Of a DNA stretch of 64,000 bases, positions 18,195-27,771 are shown piece after piece; the first letter of the stretch is position 1, and the number at the start of each line of letters is the position of its first letter. The notes beneath the pieces are model-generated. The model was not told where the DNA came from and made no database searches. It saw only the letters and a list, made by a program, of their open reading frames with translations. This DNA comes from an uncultured Thermoleophilia bacterium (GTDB taxonomy: Bacteria > Actinomycetota > Thermoleophilia > UBA2241): the NCBI GenBank assembly GCA_963702475.1, contig CAVPCT010000001.1, forward strand, positions 156,347-220,346, given 5' to 3'. A program made the position numbers and the translations under genes.

Positions 18195-19475
18195 TCAGGC
18201 CCCGGGCGTCAGGGGCGGCTCCGGCTCGAGTCCGCCCGTGTCGTCGGGGACGCTCGGACCGGTTGCGCGGCGCAGCAGCAGGAACAGTGCCGCGCCGAGG
18301 AGTCCGCAGGCCCCGACCAGCGCGAAGGCCACGCGGCCGCCGAGGGCGTCGAGCACGGCGCCGCCGATGAGGGGCCCCAGGGCGTAGCCGCCCATGTACA
18401 CCAGCGTCCAGGCGCCCATGTACCGGCCACGCAGGTCCGCCGGCGCCAGGTGGGCGACCACCGCGGCCGCGATGGGGATGAACAGCACCAGCCCCACGGC
18501 CACGGCGATCATGCAGGCAAAGGTCCACGGCCACGGGACGAACGCGGCCGTGCCGACGCCGGCGCCCAGGCAGAGGCTCGCCAGCGCCAGAGAGACGAGC
18601 CGATCCCGCTTTCTCAGGGCCCGGATCAACGGGTACTGGAGCGCTGTCAGGACAACGCCGTATGCGACGAGCAGCATGCCCCAGGCTTCGGCCGAGACCC
18701 CCTGCACGTCACCGAGCATGATGGGCATGGTCACCCAGATCTGCCCGAAGACGTACAGCGGCAGCAGCGCCGCGAGGCAGAACCACAGCAGGCGCCGGTC
18801 GCGCAGCACCCTGCCGTACCCGTGCAACGAGCGCACGAGAGAGTCCGAGTGTCCGGCGCCCGGCCGCGTCTCGGTGAATCGGGTCAGGATCAGCACCAGG
18901 AACGCGGCGATGATGACGCCGCCCGTGAGGAAGGCCAGGCGGAAGCTGGGATCGGCTGCGAGCAGCGGCGCCGCGAGGAGTGGGCCGACGGTGATGCCGG
19001 CGTTCATGGCTACCCGAAGGATGCTGTAGGCCTCGTCGCGCCTGCCGACGGGCGCGAGGTCCGCGACCATGGCGTTCGTGGACGTGATGAACAGCGCCCA
19101 GCCGCAGGCCGCCTCGAAGGCGATGAGGGCGACAACCAGCCACAGCTGCGTGGTGAGCCCGAGTCCGATCAGGAGGCAGGTGGCGCTGAAGATCGAGAGG
19201 GCGAGGACGGGGCGGCGTCCGAAGCGGTCGACGGCCGCGCCGCCGGCGATCTGCAGCGGCAGGCCGGCGAGCAGGGACAGGCCGATGACGAGACCGACGG
19301 TCGTGGTGGAGAGGCCAAGACGCTGGTTCAGGTAGACGGTCTGGAAGGGATAGCACGTGTTGTACCCGACCAGGAAGACGCACGCCCCCGCAGTCAGCAA
19401 CCAGAACTGGCGCGGCAGGCCGCGCCGCCGGGCGCGGACCCCGGTCCTCGTGTGCTCGCTCAGTTGTGCTCCCAC
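18195..19475 (-). CDS. MFS transporter
   Basis: A 12-TM-like hydrophobic pattern with the MFS loop motif VDRFGRRP. The start codon is uncertain because GTG 19475 overlaps its own SD-like GGAGG. Confidence 0.75.
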   Translation of the reverse strand: MGAQLSEHTRTGVRARRRGLPRQFWLLTAGACVFLVGYNTCYPFQTVYLNQRLGLSTTTVGLVIGLSLLAGLPLQIAGGAAVDRFGRRPVLALSIFSATCLLIGLGLTTQLWLVVALIAFEAACGWALFITSTNAMVADLAPVGRRDEAYSILRVAMNAGITVGPLLAAPLLAADPSFRLAFLTGGVIIAAFLVLILTRFTETRPGAGHSDSLVRSLHGYGRVLRDRRLLWFCLAALLPLYVFGQIWVTMPIMLGDVQGVSAEAWGMLLVAYGVVLTALQYPLIRALRKRDRLVSLALASLCLGAGVGTAAFVPWPWTFACMIAVAVGLVLFIPIAAAVVAHLAPADLRGRYMGAWTLVYMGGYALGPLIGGAVLDALGGRVAFALVGACGLLGAALFLLLRRATGPSVPDDTGGLEPEPPLTPGA

Positions 19476-19609
19476 CTCCGCTGCGGACTCTACAGTCCCC
19501 CGGCTCGCACCTCACCCGCCGGGGCCGCCGGTCCACGACGGCGGACGGTGTTCGCGCGGCAGGTGTCGCGGGAAGGCTGCTCGAAGGAGCCGCACCCCGA
19601 GGAGGCCGC

Positions 19610-20554
19610 ATGAGCAGTACGTCGCCGCGCCGCGTGGAGCGAGTCGTGGAACCGCAGCCGGTGTTGGAGGGCGCCGGAGTGCGCCTGCGGCGCAGCATCG
19701 CCGGCGCGGCACTCGATTACCTGGACCCGTTCCTGCTGCTCGATCACTTCCAGTCGGACGAGCCGTCCGACTACCTCGCGGGTTTCCCGTGGCACCCGCA
19801 TCGCGGTATCGAGACCGTCACGTACATGCTGGCCGGCGAGGTCGACCACCGCGACAGCATCGGCAACGCCGGCGCCATCGGCCCGGGCGACGTGCAGTGG
19901 ATGACCGCCGGCGGCGGCATCATGCACGAGGAGATGCCGCGGCCGGGCGCCGATCGGCGGATGGGCGGCTTCCAGCTCTGGGTGAACCTGCCGGCCTCGC
20001 TGAAGATGACGAAGCCGCGCTACCAGGATCTGCCGTCGGCGAGCATCCCTGAGGTGCGTCGCGACGACGGCACTGTGGTGCGCGTGATCGCCGGCGAGGT
20101 GGACGGGGTCAGGGGTGCCGTCACGGAGATCTTCGCCGAGCCCGAGTACCTCGACGTGACGCTGCCCGCCGGCGCGCACTTCGTCCAGCCGGTGCCGCGT
20201 GGTCACGCCGCCTTCGCCTACGTGTTCGAGGGCGAGGGCGCCTTCGGCGTGAGCGCCGATCTGGGCTACCGCGGCGAGCTGGACGGCGTGCTGCTCGCCG
20301 CCCCGCACCTGGCCGTCTTCGGTGACGGCGACGAGGTGCGCGTGGAGGCCGACGGCGGCCCGCTGCGGTTCCTCCTTGTCAGCGGCCGTCCGCTCGGCGA
20401 GCCCATCGCGCGCTACGGCCCCTTCGTGATGAACACGCGGGAGGAGCTGCAGCTCGCACTGCGTGACCTGCAGGACGACACCTTCGTGTGGCGCGACGAC
20501 GCGGCTTGGGCGCGGCGCCGCGCGACCTGGTCGCCGGACGCATCCGCGCCCTGA
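19610..20554 (+). CDS. pirin-family protein
   Basis: The cupin metal site FPWHPHRGIETVTYML...GGGIMHEEMP is diagnostic of pirins. RBS GAGGAGG lies 6 nt before ATG 19610. Confidence 0.85.
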   Translation: MSSTSPRRVERVVEPQPVLEGAGVRLRRSIAGAALDYLDPFLLLDHFQSDEPSDYLAGFPWHPHRGIETVTYMLAGEVDHRDSIGNAGAIGPGDVQWMTAGGGIMHEEMPRPGADRRMGGFQLWVNLPASLKMTKPRYQDLPSASIPEVRRDDGTVVRVIAGEVDGVRGAVTEIFAEPEYLDVTLPAGAHFVQPVPRGHAAFAYVFEGEGAFGVSADLGYRGELDGVLLAAPHLAVFGDGDEVRVEADGGPLRFLLVSGRPLGEPIARYGPFVMNTREELQLALRDLQDDTFVWRDDAAWARRRATWSPDASAP

Positions 20555-20581
20555 CGGATCGCCCCGGCCGCCGTTCCGAGC

Positions 20582-21409
20582 CTACGCGCTCAGCCGAAGC
20601 GTCGCCGCGACCGGCCAGTGGTCCGAGGGCAGGCCTTCCGCCGGCGTCCGCTGGACCACGCGCGCGTCCAGCACCTCCCATTCCGGCGTGACGAGCACGT
20701 AGTCGATACGCGTGCCGTCGGCGGCGCCGTCCCACCCGTGGTGCGTGCCGGCGCCGGACCCGCGCTCGCCGGCGCCGGCCAGCGTGTCGCGCAGCCCCCC
20801 GGCGACCAGGGCCTTCACGGCCGGGTCGCCGGCCGTCGCGTTGAGGTCGCCGAGCACGATCCACGGCAGCTGCGGGTCGAGCCGATCGAGCAGGGCGCCG
20901 GCGCTGCGCAGTCGCGATGCCGCCGATGCCCCGTCCCAATGCGTGTCGGCCACACCGAAGCGCCGGCCGCTGTCGAGGTCGGTGAACCGGCACAGGGTGA
21001 CGATGCGCGTCGTCGGGTTGCCCCAGCTGCGCGACCCGGGGGTGGCCGGCGTAGCGGAGAGCCAGCGTACCGTCCATGAGTCCACACGCAGGCGCGCCGG
21101 CCTGTACAGCACGCTGCAGCGCTCGCCGCGCCCACGCCCGTCGTCGCGGCCCGCGCCCACGGCCGCGTAGCCGTGCAGACGGCGCGTGAGGTAGCGCTGC
21201 TGGAAGCCGTGGACCTCCTGCAGGCCCACGACCTCGGCGTGCAGGGCGTCGACGGCGGCCGCCGCGGCGCGACGCCGGAGGGGCCACGAATGGCGCCCGT
21301 CCCAAGCCAGGCCGTGGCGGAGGTTGAAGCTGGCGGCGACGAGGGCGGCGGTCCCTTGGTGCAGACCGTCGCCCTCGTCGCCCCCCGTGTCGTTGCCGCC
21401 GGCCTTCAC
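20582..21409 (-). CDS. endonuclease/exonuclease/phosphatase (EEP) family protein
   Basis: FNLRHG...VVGLQEV...GDLN...SDHWPV are the EEP catalytic motifs. The GTG start overlaps the stop of the upstream gene (GTGA). Confidence 0.8.
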   Translation of the reverse strand: MKAGGNDTGGDEGDGLHQGTAALVAASFNLRHGLAWDGRHSWPLRRRAAAAAVDALHAEVVGLQEVHGFQQRYLTRRLHGYAAVGAGRDDGRGRGERCSVLYRPARLRVDSWTVRWLSATPATPGSRSWGNPTTRIVTLCRFTDLDSGRRFGVADTHWDGASAASRLRSAGALLDRLDPQLPWIVLGDLNATAGDPAVKALVAGGLRDTLAGAGERGSGAGTHHGWDGAADGTRIDYVLVTPEWEVLDARVVQRTPAEGLPSDHWPVAATLRLSA

Positions 21410-21843
21410 GCCGGGAACATGTCGGCCTTGGTGGCCGCGTCCTCGTAGCCCTTGGCGAGGTGGTCACTGGGTCGCTCGTGGCGCCGGCGTTCCTCGCGGG
21501 ACTTCATCTCACGGAGCTCGTTCGCCGTGGGCTTGCCGTAATCGTGTCCGCCGCGCTCGACGTAGTCCTTGAAGACGACGAGGTCCCGGGCCATGTTCTG
21601 CTCCACGATGTCGGGAGACGGTTGTCCTGCGCCGTCGGTCTCGAAGGCGAACTCCACGATGGTGTGCGCGCCTTCACCGGGGGCGAACGAGACCATGCCG
21701 GCCTGGACGGCGTCGATGCAGACGAGCTCGTCGCACGCCAGGTGGTGCTGACCATGGCGTACGGAGCGGACGAAATGCGACCAGGTGGCCTCGGTCACGG
21801 AGGGTGGTGCTTCGACCTCTATGCGGCGACGCAGCGTTGCCAT
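21406..21843 (-). CDS. hypothetical protein (SRPBCC-like N-terminus, basic C-terminal tail)
   Basis: RBS GGAAGGGGG lies before ATG 21843, and there is a 4-nt overlap with the EEP gene. IEVEAPPSVTEATWSHF resembles the SRPBCC beta1-alpha1 region. No firm family assignment. Confidence 0.45.
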   Translation of the reverse strand: MATLRRRIEVEAPPSVTEATWSHFVRSVRHGQHHLACDELVCIDAVQAGMVSFAPGEGAHTIVEFAFETDGAGQPSPDIVEQNMARDLVVFKDYVERGGHDYGKPTANELREMKSREERRRHERPSDHLAKGYEDAATKADMFPA

Positions 21844-21946
21844 CTGAGGCCCCCTTCCTGCCTGTAGGGTACGCCGCGTAGGTACCCGGGCGCCGGAGAC
21901 GGGGAAACGTCGCGCCGCTTTTCACAACCTGCGACCCGTGGAGCAG

Positions 21947-21988
21947 GCGAGAGGGGGCGGTGGCCGCGAGGTCACCGCCCCCTCTCGC
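21947..21988 (-). terminator. 16-bp perfect GC hairpin, terminator candidate for the DUF1269-like gene
   Basis: GCGAGAGGGGGCGGTG (21947-21962) pairs with CACCGCCCCCTCTCGC (21973-21988) around a 10-nt loop, 47 nt after the stop at 22035. No U-tract. Confidence 0.5.
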
Positions 21989-22034
21989 TGCGCTCACCCG
22001 CGACCTGTCGGCGCCCGAGGCGCGGGCAGGTCTC

Positions 22035-22556
22035 TCAGGCCTGTTCCTGCGCCTCCAGCTCCCCGGCCGCCTGGGCGATCGCCTCCTTGAGGACGCCTTT
22101 GTCCATCTCGACCTCGAGCGAGGCGTAACGCTTCGCCCGCGAAAGCGCCGACTCGATGTACGACTGAAGCACCGATTCGCCCACGATGAGCAGCGCCGCC
22201 TGGCCTTCGTCAAGCAGGTCGCCGAGCTCCTTGACGTCGTGTCGCGACATGCCCTTCCAGAAGTGGCCGATCAGCCCGCCGACGACGCCGCCGACCGCCG
22301 CCGTGACCGGCACCGACGGCGGGAAGAGGATGCCGAGGGCAGCACCGGCGGCGACGCCCGTCCACGCCGCATGCTGTGTGGGCTTCTCGTACTTGGACAC
22401 GTGCACCCAGCCGCGGTCGCTCTTGGCGACCACGGCCGCGTCGTAGGTGCCCAGCTCGTGGTCGCGGTGCAGCTGCTTCACGTCCCGGAAGTCGTCGCGC
22501 GCCGCCTCCTCGGTGTCGTACACGGCCAGGAACAGGTATACGGGTTCGTCTGCCAT
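22035..22556 (-). CDS. DUF1269-like membrane protein (glycine-zipper stress protein)
   Basis: Strong RBS GAGGAGGGAGAGG. The sequence has a soluble N-terminal domain, a glycine-zipper TM segment (GVAAGAALGILF...AAVGGVVGGLIG) and a C-terminal coiled region. Confidence 0.6.
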   Translation of the reverse strand: MADEPVYLFLAVYDTEEAARDDFRDVKQLHRDHELGTYDAAVVAKSDRGWVHVSKYEKPTQHAAWTGVAAGAALGILFPPSVPVTAAVGGVVGGLIGHFWKGMSRHDVKELGDLLDEGQAALLIVGESVLQSYIESALSRAKRYASLEVEMDKGVLKEAIAQAAGELEAQEQA

Positions 22557-22861
22557 GCCTCTCCCTCCTCAGGGGCGGCGCCGCGGTCTGACCGCCGGCC
22601 CGCCCATCGCTCCGTCGCCGAAGCGGCTGTTCGACGCGCGCCTCGGCGTGCTGCCGTTCGCACTCGGCCGTTGCGCGGGTACCAGGGAGCGGGTGCGCTT
22701 CACCTGAGCGCCGGCCGTGCCGACTCTCCCGCCTCGATCGCGGGTGGACGCTTCTGGATGCCCATGCGTTTTCCCGTGGAAACGTGGCCGGGGGTACTCT
22801 TCGCCGGAGGCCGCGCGGCCGATAGAATGTGCACACCTGCCGCGCGGCGCGAGGGGGAGCA

Positions 22862-23392
22862 GTGCCACCTTCAGAGCAGACCCGCACCAGCATAGGCGTG
22901 ATCTCCGACACCCATGGGCACTTCGACCCGCTGGTGCTGGACCTCTTCGCCGGCGTCGACCACATCATCCACGCCGGCGACGTGATCGACACGGCCACCC
23001 TCGTCGCGCTGGAGACGGTAGCGCCCGTCACCGTGGTGCCCGGCAATCTCGACACGGGCAAGCTGGCGCGCCAGCCGCGCGAGGTGGCCGGGTCCGTCGG
23101 CGGCGTGCTCTTCGTCGTCGGGCACAAGCGCAAGCGATTGCTCAAGAAGCTGCTCACGGGCAAGATCGACGGCCTGCCGACCGGACGTGAGCCCGACCTC
23201 GTGGTGTTCGGGCACGACCACATCCCCTCGGTCGAGTGGGTGGACGGCACCCTGTACCTGAACCCCGGCACGGCCTCCTCGCCGCACGAGGAGGACGATG
23301 ACCCCACCATCGCCGTCGTGACGCTCGAGTCCACGGGTCTCGGTGTCCGCTTCGTGCCGCTGGTGCGCTCCGCAGAGGCGCTCACCGGCTGA
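22862..23392 (+). CDS. YfcE/MJ0936-type metallophosphoesterase
   Basis: Motifs IGVISDTHG, HAGDV, VVPGNLD and VFGHDH. GTG 22862 follows RBS GGGGGAG. Confidence 0.8.
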   Translation: MPPSEQTRTSIGVISDTHGHFDPLVLDLFAGVDHIIHAGDVIDTATLVALETVAPVTVVPGNLDTGKLARQPREVAGSVGGVLFVVGHKRKRLLKKLLTGKIDGLPTGREPDLVVFGHDHIPSVEWVDGTLYLNPGTASSPHEEDDDPTIAVVTLESTGLGVRFVPLVRSAEALTG

Positions 23393-23479
23393 CCGCGGCC
23401 CAGCGGCCGGGGCCGCGCCGCGGGCGGCCCCCGCCGGCCGCCCCGCCCCACCCGGTCACACTCCCCCCAGGAGGTGCTC

Positions 23480-23944
23480 GTGAAGTCGCACACCGCGTAC
23501 AAGACGTTCCACGTCGACCAGCGCCGCGCGTTCGTGCGCATCACCGACGACGTGCAGCGGGCCGTCGACGAGAGCGGCATCCGCGAGGGCATGGCCCTGG
23601 TCTCCGCGATGCACATCACCGCCGGCGTGTGGGTCAACGACGACGAGCCCGGCATCCAGGCCGACGCCCTCGAGTGGCTCGACAAGCTGGCGCCGCCGTC
23701 GTGGAAGGAGCCGGCCAACGACGTCGCCCGGGAGTTGCTCCCAGGCCCCGGGGACTACCGCCACCACCGCGGCGGCTACGAGGACAACGGTGACGCCCAC
23801 CTCAAGAACCTGCTGGTGCACCACCAGGTCATCGTCCCCGTCACGGACGGCCGCCTGGATCTCGGGCCGTGGCAGGCCGTCTTCTACTGCGAGTTCGACG
23901 GCCGGCGCGACAAGCGCCTCATCATCAAGGTGATGGGGGAGTGA
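23480..23944 (+). CDS. YjbQ/UPF0047 family protein (secondary thiamine-phosphate synthase fold)
   Basis: [17 protein letters not shown]...[19 protein letters not shown]...[14 protein letters not shown] matches the family signature. GTG 23480 follows RBS CAGGAGG. Confidence 0.8.
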   Translation: MKSHTAYKTFHVDQRRAFVRITDDVQRAVDESGIREGMALVSAMHITAGVWVNDDEPGIQADALEWLDKLAPPSWKEPANDVARELLPGPGDYRHHRGGYEDNGDAHLKNLLVHHQVIVPVTDGRLDLGPWQAVFYCEFDGRRDKRLIIKVMGE

Positions 23945-24031
23945 CGTGCCTGGGCGTCAACCGGCGAGGAGTCGGGCAACGTGAGGGCGAAGTGAGCCGC
24001 GACAGGTTCGCGTGAACGGGGAGGATGCACG

Positions 24032-24580
24032 ATGAGTGACAGACAATCGGTCGTGGTCGTCGGCGACGGCGATGACCTTGTGAGGGGCAGCTGGGGGGTG
24101 ATGCTGGCCATCGGCATCGTCGCCATCGTGTTCGGCGTCATCGTGCTGCTCAACATCTGGGGCGGCGTGCGACTGGTGGCCATCCTCGCCGGCCTCTTTC
24201 TCATCTTCGCCGGCGTCATGCAGTTCGTGAGTGTGCGCGGGCACCGGCGCAAGACGGGACGCATCATCTCCGGCGTCATCGCGCTCGCCATCGGGATCGG
24301 GCTGATCGTCTGGCCGGACACGTCGGTCAAGACCGTGGCGGTGCTCGTCGGCCTGGCGTTCCTCATCTGGGGCGTCGCCTGGGCCGTCGCGGCGCTCGTC
24401 GACCGCGGCGAGGGCTGGGGCGTGGCCCTGGGCTTCAGTATCGTGCTCGCCGTCGTCGGCGCCGTGTTCATCGCCTGGCCGGGCCCCACCATCGCCATCT
24501 TGATGGCGCTGGTGGGCATCGCCGCTCTCGTGTTCGGCATCGCCTCGGTGGCCCAGGCCCTTGCCTTGAGAAAGGCGTAG
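24032..24580 (+). CDS. HdeD/DUF308 family membrane protein
   Basis: Repeated paired-TM units with GxxxxxxGIxxIxxG patterns (GVMLAIGIVAIVFGVIVL, ISGVIALAIGIGLIVWP). RBS GGGGAGGA. Confidence 0.7.
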   Translation: MSDRQSVVVVGDGDDLVRGSWGVMLAIGIVAIVFGVIVLLNIWGGVRLVAILAGLFLIFAGVMQFVSVRGHRRKTGRIISGVIALAIGIGLIVWPDTSVKTVAVLVGLAFLIWGVAWAVAALVDRGEGWGVALGFSIVLAVVGAVFIAWPGPTIAILMALVGIAALVFGIASVAQALALRKA

Positions 24581-24592
24581 GGAGGGGCCCCC

Positions 24593-24682
24593 CTACGAGC
24601 GCAGAAGCGCGAACAGGAGGCAGGCCGCCACGGCGATGGCGCCGATGAGCAGGACGATGCGCGTGGTGTACATGTGCCGCAT
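24593..24682 (-). CDS. unlisted 29-aa single-TM peptide (MRHMYTTRIVLLIGAIAVAACLLFALLRS)
   Basis: Below the ORF-track cutoff. The ATG lies 12 nt after the stop of the ferric-reductase-like gene and is preceded by GGGAG. By hand count, 27 of 28 codons end in G or C. Confidence 0.5.
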   Translation of the reverse strand: MRHMYTTRIVLLIGAIAVAACLLFALLRS

Positions 24683-24694
24683 GCGGACGCTCCC

Positions 24695-26032
24695 TCAGAC
24701 CAGGTCGAAGCGCTCGGTGTAGATGCTCGGCCAGGGCACGCCCACGCGCCTGAGCGAGTCCTCGACGTGATCCATCAGGGGTTTCGGACCGCAGACGAAG
24801 TAGACGTATCGCTCCTTCGTCGCAGGCAGCCATTCCTGCAGCATGGCGCGGTCGATGCGGCCCCGCTCGCCCATCCAGTCGGCAGGCGCACTCGACGCCA
24901 CCTCGACCACGCGCAGGTCCAGTCGCGACCGTAGCGCCTGGATCTCCTCGTGGAACGTGAACTCGTCCGGGCCCCTGGCGCCGTAGAGCAGCAGGTGCGG
25001 CCGAGGGTCTGCGCGGTCGGCCAGCGTGCGCAGCATGCTCATGATCGGCGTGATGCCTGTGCCGCCTGCGACGAAGACGCACCCGTCGCCCTCGTAGCGG
25101 TCCACGGTGAACGCGCCGTGTGGGCCTTCGACGAAGGCGGTCGTCCCTGGCGCCACGGCGGCTACGCTCCGAGTGAAGTCACCGGTCTCTTTGATGGTGA
25201 ACGAGATGCGGTCACGTGTCTCGGCACTGGAGGAGAACGAGAAAGGGTGATCCTCGATGGCGAACGGCGTGCTCCCCAGGGTGAGCCAGGCGAACTGGCC
25301 CGGGAGAAAACGAATCCCGGGGTGCCCCACCGGGCGGAGTACCAGCGTGGTAGCCCTTCCACGCTCCTCGATGACCCCATCCACCATCCATGGGCGGTGG
25401 AGCAGTCGAAGGGGGACGACGAAGCGCACGTAGACGAGCAGCCCGATGACGGCGAGCACCATGGCCGCCCAAAGGGCGCGCTTCCACGGAAGGTCGACGT
25501 ACCAGCCGACGAGTTCGATGTGGACGAGCGCGAACGCCAGGGCGGCGACGGCGAGCACACCATGCATGGTGCGCCACCTCTCGTAGGCGAGGCGCAGCCT
25601 GCGCCTGAGCAGGGAGACGCCCACCAGGGCGATGAGGGCGACTGTAGCCGCCAGCGCGAAGCGGGCTCGCCAAGGAGCGGCTGCCACGTTGAGCAGGCCG
25701 AGAGCGTCCGTCCGGGTCGCGAACAGGATGAACGGGTGCGCAAGAGCCAGACACATGGCGAGGATCGAGATCTGCTTGTGGAAGCGCAGGACGATGTCGA
25801 TGCCGTACGGCGCCGCGATGTGGCTGAATCGCGCGGTGATGGCGAACTGCAGCCCGATCATGGCCAACGCCACAAAGCCCAGCGCCACGGAGAGCTCGGT
25901 CCAGAAGTCGCGTCCGGGGTGCCCCCGGTAGAGGAACGCAACAGCGAGAGGCACGAGGGAGAGGGTCACGTAGAGCGCCAGCCAGAAGATGCCGCCGAGG
26001 AGGCGACGCAGACGGGTGTCGTACGCTGCCAT
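24695..26032 (-). CDS. ferric-reductase-like transmembrane protein with FAD/NAD(P)-binding domains (FRD/NOX family)
   Basis: An N-terminal 6-TM region with His-rich helices precedes a ferredoxin-reductase-type module (HPFSFSS, GPHG, VFVAGGTGITP, CGP). I prefer the start at MAAYDTRL (26032). Confidence 0.8.
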   Translation of the reverse strand: MAAYDTRLRRLLGGIFWLALYVTLSLVPLAVAFLYRGHPGRDFWTELSVALGFVALAMIGLQFAITARFSHIAAPYGIDIVLRFHKQISILAMCLALAHPFILFATRTDALGLLNVAAAPWRARFALAATVALIALVGVSLLRRRLRLAYERWRTMHGVLAVAALAFALVHIELVGWYVDLPWKRALWAAMVLAVIGLLVYVRFVVPLRLLHRPWMVDGVIEERGRATTLVLRPVGHPGIRFLPGQFAWLTLGSTPFAIEDHPFSFSSSAETRDRISFTIKETGDFTRSVAAVAPGTTAFVEGPHGAFTVDRYEGDGCVFVAGGTGITPIMSMLRTLADRADPRPHLLLYGARGPDEFTFHEEIQALRSRLDLRVVEVASSAPADWMGERGRIDRAMLQEWLPATKERYVYFVCGPKPLMDHVEDSLRRVGVPWPSIYTERFDLV

Positions 26033-26169
26033 GGCGGTAGTGTACCCCGGCCGGGGCCGGCACCTGCCTCGAGCGTCTGTTCGCAGGGAACCCGCCGTGC
26101 ATGACGAAACCGGCACGCACGCGAGAGAGACGGCCTGCCGCGCAGGGCGGGCGTACTGGAGGTCCACCG

Positions 26170-26622
26170 GTGGCACAGTTTCACGGCGACGACGAGCCGC
26201 TCGTCAGAGGTCTTCACTGGGTCATCCGTATGGCAGTACGAGTCCTCGCGATCCTCATGACCGGGGTGATCGCTTTCGGAGTCGCCGACGTGGTGTACGT
26301 CCTGTACAAACGACTCATGGCCGAGCCGGCCTGGTTCCTGGAGATCAGCGATATCCTCGCCACGTTCGGTGCATTCATGGCCGTCCTCATCGCCATCGAG
26401 ATCTTCGTGAACATCGTGAGCTACCTGCGCGAGGACGTGATCCACGTTCGCATCGTCCTCGCCACGGCCCTCATGGCCATCGCCCGCAAAGTGATCATCC
26501 TCGACTACTCGACCACATCGCCCCAGTACATCTACGCTACCGCGGCGGTGGTCGCTGCCATGGCGCTCGCCTACTGGCTCATCGTGCGGTACCGGCCGGT
26601 GAGCGGCGCGGAAGTCGACTGA
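26170..26622 (+). CDS. psiE: PsiE-family (phosphate-starvation-inducible) membrane protein
   Basis: FGAFMAVLIAIEIFVNIVSYL...VRIVLATALMAIARKVIILD matches PsiE topology and motifs. GTG 26170 lies 8 nt after GGAGG. ATG 26230 is the alternative start. Confidence 0.65.
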   Translation: MAQFHGDDEPLVRGLHWVIRMAVRVLAILMTGVIAFGVADVVYVLYKRLMAEPAWFLEISDILATFGAFMAVLIAIEIFVNIVSYLREDVIHVRIVLATALMAIARKVIILDYSTTSPQYIYATAAVVAAMALAYWLIVRYRPVSGAEVD

Positions 26623-26711
26623 CGCAGCGTCCACCTGGCCGGGCCCACTCGCGGCGCCGTGCGGGAACGGTGGTTCCTGGGCCCTCCGGCCGCTGAGCAG
26701 CTCGCCCGGCC

Positions 26712-27593
26712 TCACCGGTTCCGGAGCCGCTCGCGGATGTTCCTGTAGTGACGCGACTGGCCGAGGTTCTGTACGACCAGCGCCACCACGGTGATGAGGT
26801 AGAGCTGGCCGAGCACGGCTTCGCACGCGGCCGTCATGCGCCCCACGCTGCCGGCCGCCGTGAGGTCGCCGTACCCCACGGTCGTGATGGTGATGAAGCT
26901 GAAGTACAGGTAGTCGATCGTGCCGGCCCTCGCCGGCGGCTGGAGCTGCGCGAAGAACGGCGCGCCCTCCACCCAGGCCGTCAGGGAGTAGACGCTGGCG
27001 AAGAACATGGCCAGCAGCAGGTAGATGCAGACGGCGCCGTAGAAGGTATTGAGGCTCACGGTGGGGTGTGAGGCCAGGCGCCTCACGATGGCGACCGGAG
27101 CGACCACCACCAGCAGCACGGTGAGCGCGGCGGCCACGCCGCGCCCGGTCTCTTCGCTGCCGAGGACGGTGGCGACGACGGCTGCCGCGGTGGCGATGGG
27201 GATGAGCGCCATCGCCCAGCGCAGCAGGAGGCGCTGCACGCGCGAGGCACGCAGCGCCAGCCAGGTGGTGGCGGCGAGCAGCACCAGCGAGGCCACCCGG
27301 CCCCAGGTGTCGTCGCCGCCGATGGCCGTGACGAAGAAGGTCGACACCAGCAGCAGAAGCACGAGGCCGAAGCTGTCGGTGAACCTCAGGCCCTTGTCCT
27401 CGGACTCCTCCTGGCCCTCGATCGTGTCGAGCAGGTCCTCGAGCTTCTGAGCCTCGCCGGGCGTCACCTCGGGCGGAGTCGCGGCGGCCGGAGCTCCGGT
27501 GGAGGCCGCCTCTCCCTGCGGCCGGTCCGGCTGACCCGGCATCCCGGGAGGCTGCCCCTGGGGCGGCCGTGCGTTGTCGTCGGCGGCGGTCAT
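26712..27593 (-). CDS. potassium channel (Ion_trans_2) with a Pro/Gln-rich N-terminal tail
   Basis: Selectivity filter TTVGYGD, preceded by a pore helix and flanked by TM helices. I prefer the start at MTAADDN (27593). Confidence 0.8.
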   Translation of the reverse strand: MTAADDNARPPQGQPPGMPGQPDRPQGEAASTGAPAAATPPEVTPGEAQKLEDLLDTIEGQEESEDKGLRFTDSFGLVLLLLVSTFFVTAIGGDDTWGRVASLVLLAATTWLALRASRVQRLLLRWAMALIPIATAAAVVATVLGSEETGRGVAAALTVLLVVVAPVAIVRRLASHPTVSLNTFYGAVCIYLLLAMFFASVYSLTAWVEGAPFFAQLQPPARAGTIDYLYFSFITITTVGYGDLTAAGSVGRMTAACEAVLGQLYLITVVALVVQNLGQSRHYRNIRERLRNR

Positions 27594-27771
27594 GGTCCCG
27601 GCGAAACTGTATCTCAGGCGCGCCGTGGTGCAACTGCGAGCGCGGGGCCGGGTGGCGCCGGCGGCGAGCGGTCGCGCAGCGGCCGCTGCACCGAAGCCGT
27701 CGGCAGGGCTGCCGGAGCGCGCGCCGAAGCCCTGTGGTCTACACTCGTCGTACAGCGACTGCGAGGAGGGC

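Noticed and set aside
22557-22861. 305-nt gap examined for a riboswitch, an sRNA or a small gene
   Set aside because: I recognised no conserved riboswitch core. I saw only a 7-bp hairpin and a possible TAGAAT -10 box (22823-22828) for the phosphoesterase gene. The ORFs listed there (86 aa and 99 aa) are Arg/Pro-rich and implausible.
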